Of a stretch of DNA of 63,195 bases, positions 60,609-63,195 are shown one piece after another (positions within the stretch are counted from its first letter, which is position 1; the number at the start of each line of letters is the position of its first letter). The notes below the pieces were generated by a model that was not told where the DNA came from, did not search any database, and was given only the letters and a program-made list of their open reading frames with translations. The DNA is from Gammaproteobacteria bacterium (GTDB lineage Bacteria > Pseudomonadota > Gammaproteobacteria > Enterobacterales > GCA-2746155): NCBI GenBank assembly GCA_030589945.1, contig JAUUZN010000001.1:1-63195 (forward strand), given 5' to 3'. The position numbers and the translations under genes were made by a program.

Positions 60609-60623
60609 ATCTAATCATTAGAT
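60609..60623. promoter_or_regulatory. 15-bp perfect palindrome ATCTAATCATTAGAT upstream of the TonB-dependent receptor gene (Fur-box-like core)
   Basis: Read directly. The core TAATCATTA is identical to the centre of the GATAATGATAATCATTATC Fur consensus, but only about 10/19 positions match overall in my hand alignment. It ends 76 bp before the ATG at 60699. Confidence 0.3.
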
Positions 60624-60698
60624 GCCAGTGGGTACAGCTAAATACCAATGCTAAACTTAGAAAAACAAACCAAATAACAAACAACGGGATTTAAACTA

Positions 60699-63195
60699 AT
60701 GTCAAATAAATTTAAATTTAAAAGCTTAGTCGTAGCTATGGGACTGTCCTTCGTGTCAGCACCTATCTATGCAGCTGAAGACGGTGCAACTGAGGATGAA
60801 GGTGCTGAAATCATCGTCATCACTGGTACACGTCGAACTGAGCGAAGCGTAGGCGAGTCTATGGTACCAATTGATGTGGTCACAGGTGAAGACCTGCAAA
60901 ACATGGGTACTGCTGACCTCACCGACATGCTTCGTACTTCTGTACCATCATACAATGTCGCTCGTACGGCAATTTCTGATGCTGCGACAATCGTACGTCC
61001 AGCCACTTTACGAGGTCTGCCACCAGACAACGTACTTATCATGGTTAACGGCAAGCGACGTCACCGTTCAGGCGTTATTGCTGAATCAGGTGGTTCTCTT
61101 GTTGAAGGCTCACAGGGTGCTGATATAAGCGGTATCCCAGCACTAGCTCTTGAACGTATGGAAATACTACGTGATGGTGCTTCCTCTCAGTATGGTTCTG
61201 ATGCTGTTGCAGGTGTTATGAACTTCATCTTAAAGGATGATTCAGAAGGTATGACTCTAGAAGCTCGTACTGGTGAGTATTCTGAAGGCGATGGTGCCTT
61301 GGTTCAGTTGATGGGAAACATTGGTTTACCACTAGGTGACGATGGTTTCATGAACATCACTGGTACTTGGATGCATTCAGATCCAACTAGCCGTTCACAG
61401 GTACGTGATGATACCGTAGCTTTGAGAAGTGTTGGTGGGTTAGGTTCGGAAATACCTGAAATTGCTCAGATCTGGGGTGCTCCTGAATATAAAGATAACT
61501 GGAATATATTTTTCAACTCAGGAATTGTACTTTCAGATGATCAGGAAATTTATGCTTTTGGTAACTATGGAGAGCGTACTACGATAGGCGGATTCTACTT
61601 TAGAAATCCAAATAGTCGTGGTGGTGTTTTCACTAACGGTAGTACTCGCGCCGTGGTAGATACGAATATTCAAGCTGGTCAAACAGGTATTACTTCAAAC
61701 TGTCCTGCACTTACAAGCCCAGGTGGAACGCCTACTGATGCTGGTGCTGTTGCAGCAGATGCTGCAGCCATGGCTGCATTACCTGCAAACTGTTGGGTAC
61801 TGAATCAGGTTCTTCCAGGTGGTTACACACCATCATTTGGTGGATCTCTTGAAGACGCGAGTATCGTTGCTGGTGTTAAAGGTGAGTTTGCAAGTGGTAT
61901 GACTTATGACTTCAGCGCAAGCTTTGGTCGCAATAAAGCTTCATTCTTCCTCGATAGTACTTGGAATCCATCTAATGGTCCTGACGGATTTGTTGATGGT
62001 GCACTACAGCGTAAATTCGAACTTGGATCTTATGTACAGACTGAAACTAATCTGAATGCTGACTTCTCTTTCCCAGTTGAGGTAAAGGCTTTTGCATCAG
62101 ATTTAAACGTTGCATTCGGTGGTGAATTTCGTGATGAGGTCTTTCAGACTATCATTGGTGAAGAAGCATCATGGCAGGCAGGTCGTTTTGCATTCCAAAG
62201 TGGTAACGGTACCAACTTTTACAATGACGGAACTACTGTGCTAACGGACTTAAGTATCGGTTCTCACGGTTTTGCAGGTTTTAGCCCTCCTCAAGCAGGA
62301 CAATGGGGTCGTTCAAACATTGCTGTTTACACCGATCTAGAAGCTGACGTTACTGAAGACTTCACATTAGGTTTCGCATTACGCTACGAAGATTTTGAAA
62401 GCTTTGGTGATACTACTAACTATAAGATAGCTGGTCGTTACGTATTTACTGAAGATTTCTCAGCAAGAGCTTCCTTCAGTACTGGTTTCCGTGCTCCAAC
62501 TCCTGGACAGGATAATGTGACTAAGGTCTCTACAAGAACCATTGACGGTGAACTCCAACAGAGTGGTCAGATCCCTGCAACAAACCTAATAGCGCAAGCT
62601 TTGGGTGCAGAAATACTGGCTCCTGAAACTGCTGAGAACTTCTCAGTCGGTATGGTTTGGAGTATTACTGAAGATGTCACTCTTACAGCTGATTGGTTTA
62701 CCATTGCGATGGAAGATCGTATCGGTCTGACTGGTTTAACTGACATTACGGCGTTGAATGCTGCTGATCCTCAGTTTTCGGGTGTGAATTGTCCGAATGC
62801 TAAGACTGCTAATGCTTCTCTTGCTGTATGTTTACAGGAAAGTGGCGTACCAGGTGCATCTGACTTAGCTCAGGTTCAGTTCTATACCAATGATTTCGAA
62901 ACCACAACAACAGGTTTTGACATCGTTGTAGATTGGGACGTAGACATGGGTTCTGCCGGTGATGGTAACTTCGCAGTTTCTTGGAACCACACTGAAACTG
63001 AAGTTGATAGTGCTGGTAATGAAGTTAGTCGTAACAAGGTTGTGGATTTAGAAAATTACAATCCTCATGATCGTGCTAACTTCACTTATAACCACTTCAT
63101 TGAAGACTGGAGATTCTTAGCTCGTGTAAGCTACTACGGTGATTGGGTCACAGGTGGCTGGAGTGGAGATCCTTCTGCTACTGAAGGCGGAACAA
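60699..63195 (+). CDS. TonB-dependent outer-membrane receptor (5' partial; continues beyond the window)
   Basis: Not in the supplied ORF track because no stop lies in the window. I translated from the ATG at 60699 to the end with no stop: signal 'MSNKFKFKSLVVAMGLSFVSAPIYA', TonB box 'EIIVITG', plug 'LRGLPPDNVLIMVNGKRR...MEILRDGASSQYGSDAVAGVMNFILK', barrel motif 'GFRAPTPGQ'. Confidence 0.9.
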   Translation, partial: MSNKFKFKSLVVAMGLSFVSAPIYAAEDGATEDEGAEIIVITGTRRTERSVGESMVPIDVVTGEDLQNMGTADLTDMLRTSVPSYNVARTAISDAATIVRPATLRGLPPDNVLIMVNGKRRHRSGVIAESGGSLVEGSQGADISGIPALALERMEILRDGASSQYGSDAVAGVMNFILKDDSEGMTLEARTGEYSEGDGALVQLMGNIGLPLGDDGFMNITGTWMHSDPTSRSQVRDDTVALRSVGGLGSEIPEIAQIWGAPEYKDNWNIFFNSGIVLSDDQEIYAFGNYGERTTIGGFYFRNPNSRGGVFTNGSTRAVVDTNIQAGQTGITSNCPALTSPGGTPTDAGAVAADAAAMAALPANCWVLNQVLPGGYTPSFGGSLEDASIVAGVKGEFASGMTYDFSASFGRNKASFFLDSTWNPSNGPDGFVDGALQRKFELGSYVQTETNLNADFSFPVEVKAFASDLNVAFGGEFRDEVFQTIIGEEASWQAGRFAFQSGNGTNFYNDGTTVLTDLSIGSHGFAGFSPPQAGQWGRSNIAVYTDLEADVTEDFTLGFALRYEDFESFGDTTNYKIAGRYVFTEDFSARASFSTGFRAPTPGQDNVTKVSTRTIDGELQQSGQIPATNLIAQALGAEILAPETAENFSVGMVWSITEDVTLTADWFTIAMEDRIGLTGLTDITALNAADPQFSGVNCPNAKTANASLAVCLQESGVPGASDLAQVQFYTNDFETTTTGFDIVVDWDVDMGSAGDGNFAVSWNHTETEVDSAGNEVSRNKVVDLENYNPHDRANFTYNHFIEDWRFLARVSYYGDWVTGGWSGDPSATEGGT

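Noticed and set aside
60397-60698. Riboswitch (cobalamin or TPP) in the long leader of the TonB-dependent receptor
   Set aside because: I could not find a B12-box-like core or the TPP 'CUGAGA ... ACCUGAUCUGGAUAAUGCCAGCG' elements by eye. A covariance-model scan (Rfam/Infernal) would be needed to exclude it formally.
60375-61128. Track ORFs 60375..60602 (-), 60767..61054 (-) and 60871..61128 (+)
   Set aside because: The latter two overlap the much longer TonB-dependent receptor frame, which has clear plug-domain motifs. The first lies in the AT-rich leader, has no RBS and gives an implausible composition.
1-63195. Mobile genetic element, prophage or defence island
   Set aside because: I recognised no integrase, transposase, recombinase, phage structural gene, restriction-modification, toxin-antitoxin or other defence-type domain in any frame. 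No tRNA gene is present that could serve as an integration site.

Overview
AT-rich, very gene-dense chromosomal segment that looks like a free-living, probably marine gammaproteobacterium. The gene content resembles Pseudomonas and Vibrio (FabY-type ketosynthase, long-form PurC), and several micro-synteny blocks match enteric bacteria: xseA/guaBA, tadA...mltF/purL, and ffh/ypjD/yfjD. I call 46 protein-coding genes, one of them a TonB-dependent receptor that runs off the 3' edge and is missing from the supplied ORF track. I found no rRNA, tRNA, CRISPR array, transposase, integrase or phage genes.

Most of the window is housekeeping: purine synthesis (guaBA, purL, purC), gshA, putP and putA, ffh, mltF, tadA, xseA, a DAHP synthase and sqr.

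Non-coding structure worth noting:
- A 103-bp tandem repeat at the 5' edge that supplies the last codons of xseA.
- A nested REP-like inverted-repeat cluster at 24.30-24.44 kb.
- A perfect 13-bp-stem hairpin at 41.11 kb.

The best candidate for an undescribed functional unit is the 48.2-63.2 kb block. It combines six signal-bearing exported proteins (D-aminoacylase lipoprotein, alkaline-phosphatase-family enzyme, periplasmic racemase, gamma-glutamyltransferase, Tat-exported SpdH-like flavoprotein, TonB-dependent receptor) with two cytoplasmic DAO-family flavoproteins and an NhaC-family transporter. I read this as an envelope pipeline for scavenging D-amino-acid, gamma-glutamyl or polyamine compounds. 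That reading is an inference from domain calls and gene arrangement only.

Other second-look items: a B-box-like zinc-finger/polytopic/TPR protein, a putP-coupled SSAT-type acetyltransferase, a FabY locus, and a MiaA2-like gene next to an orphan processive GT2. All functional calls rest on my reading of motifs in the translations. No database search was run.
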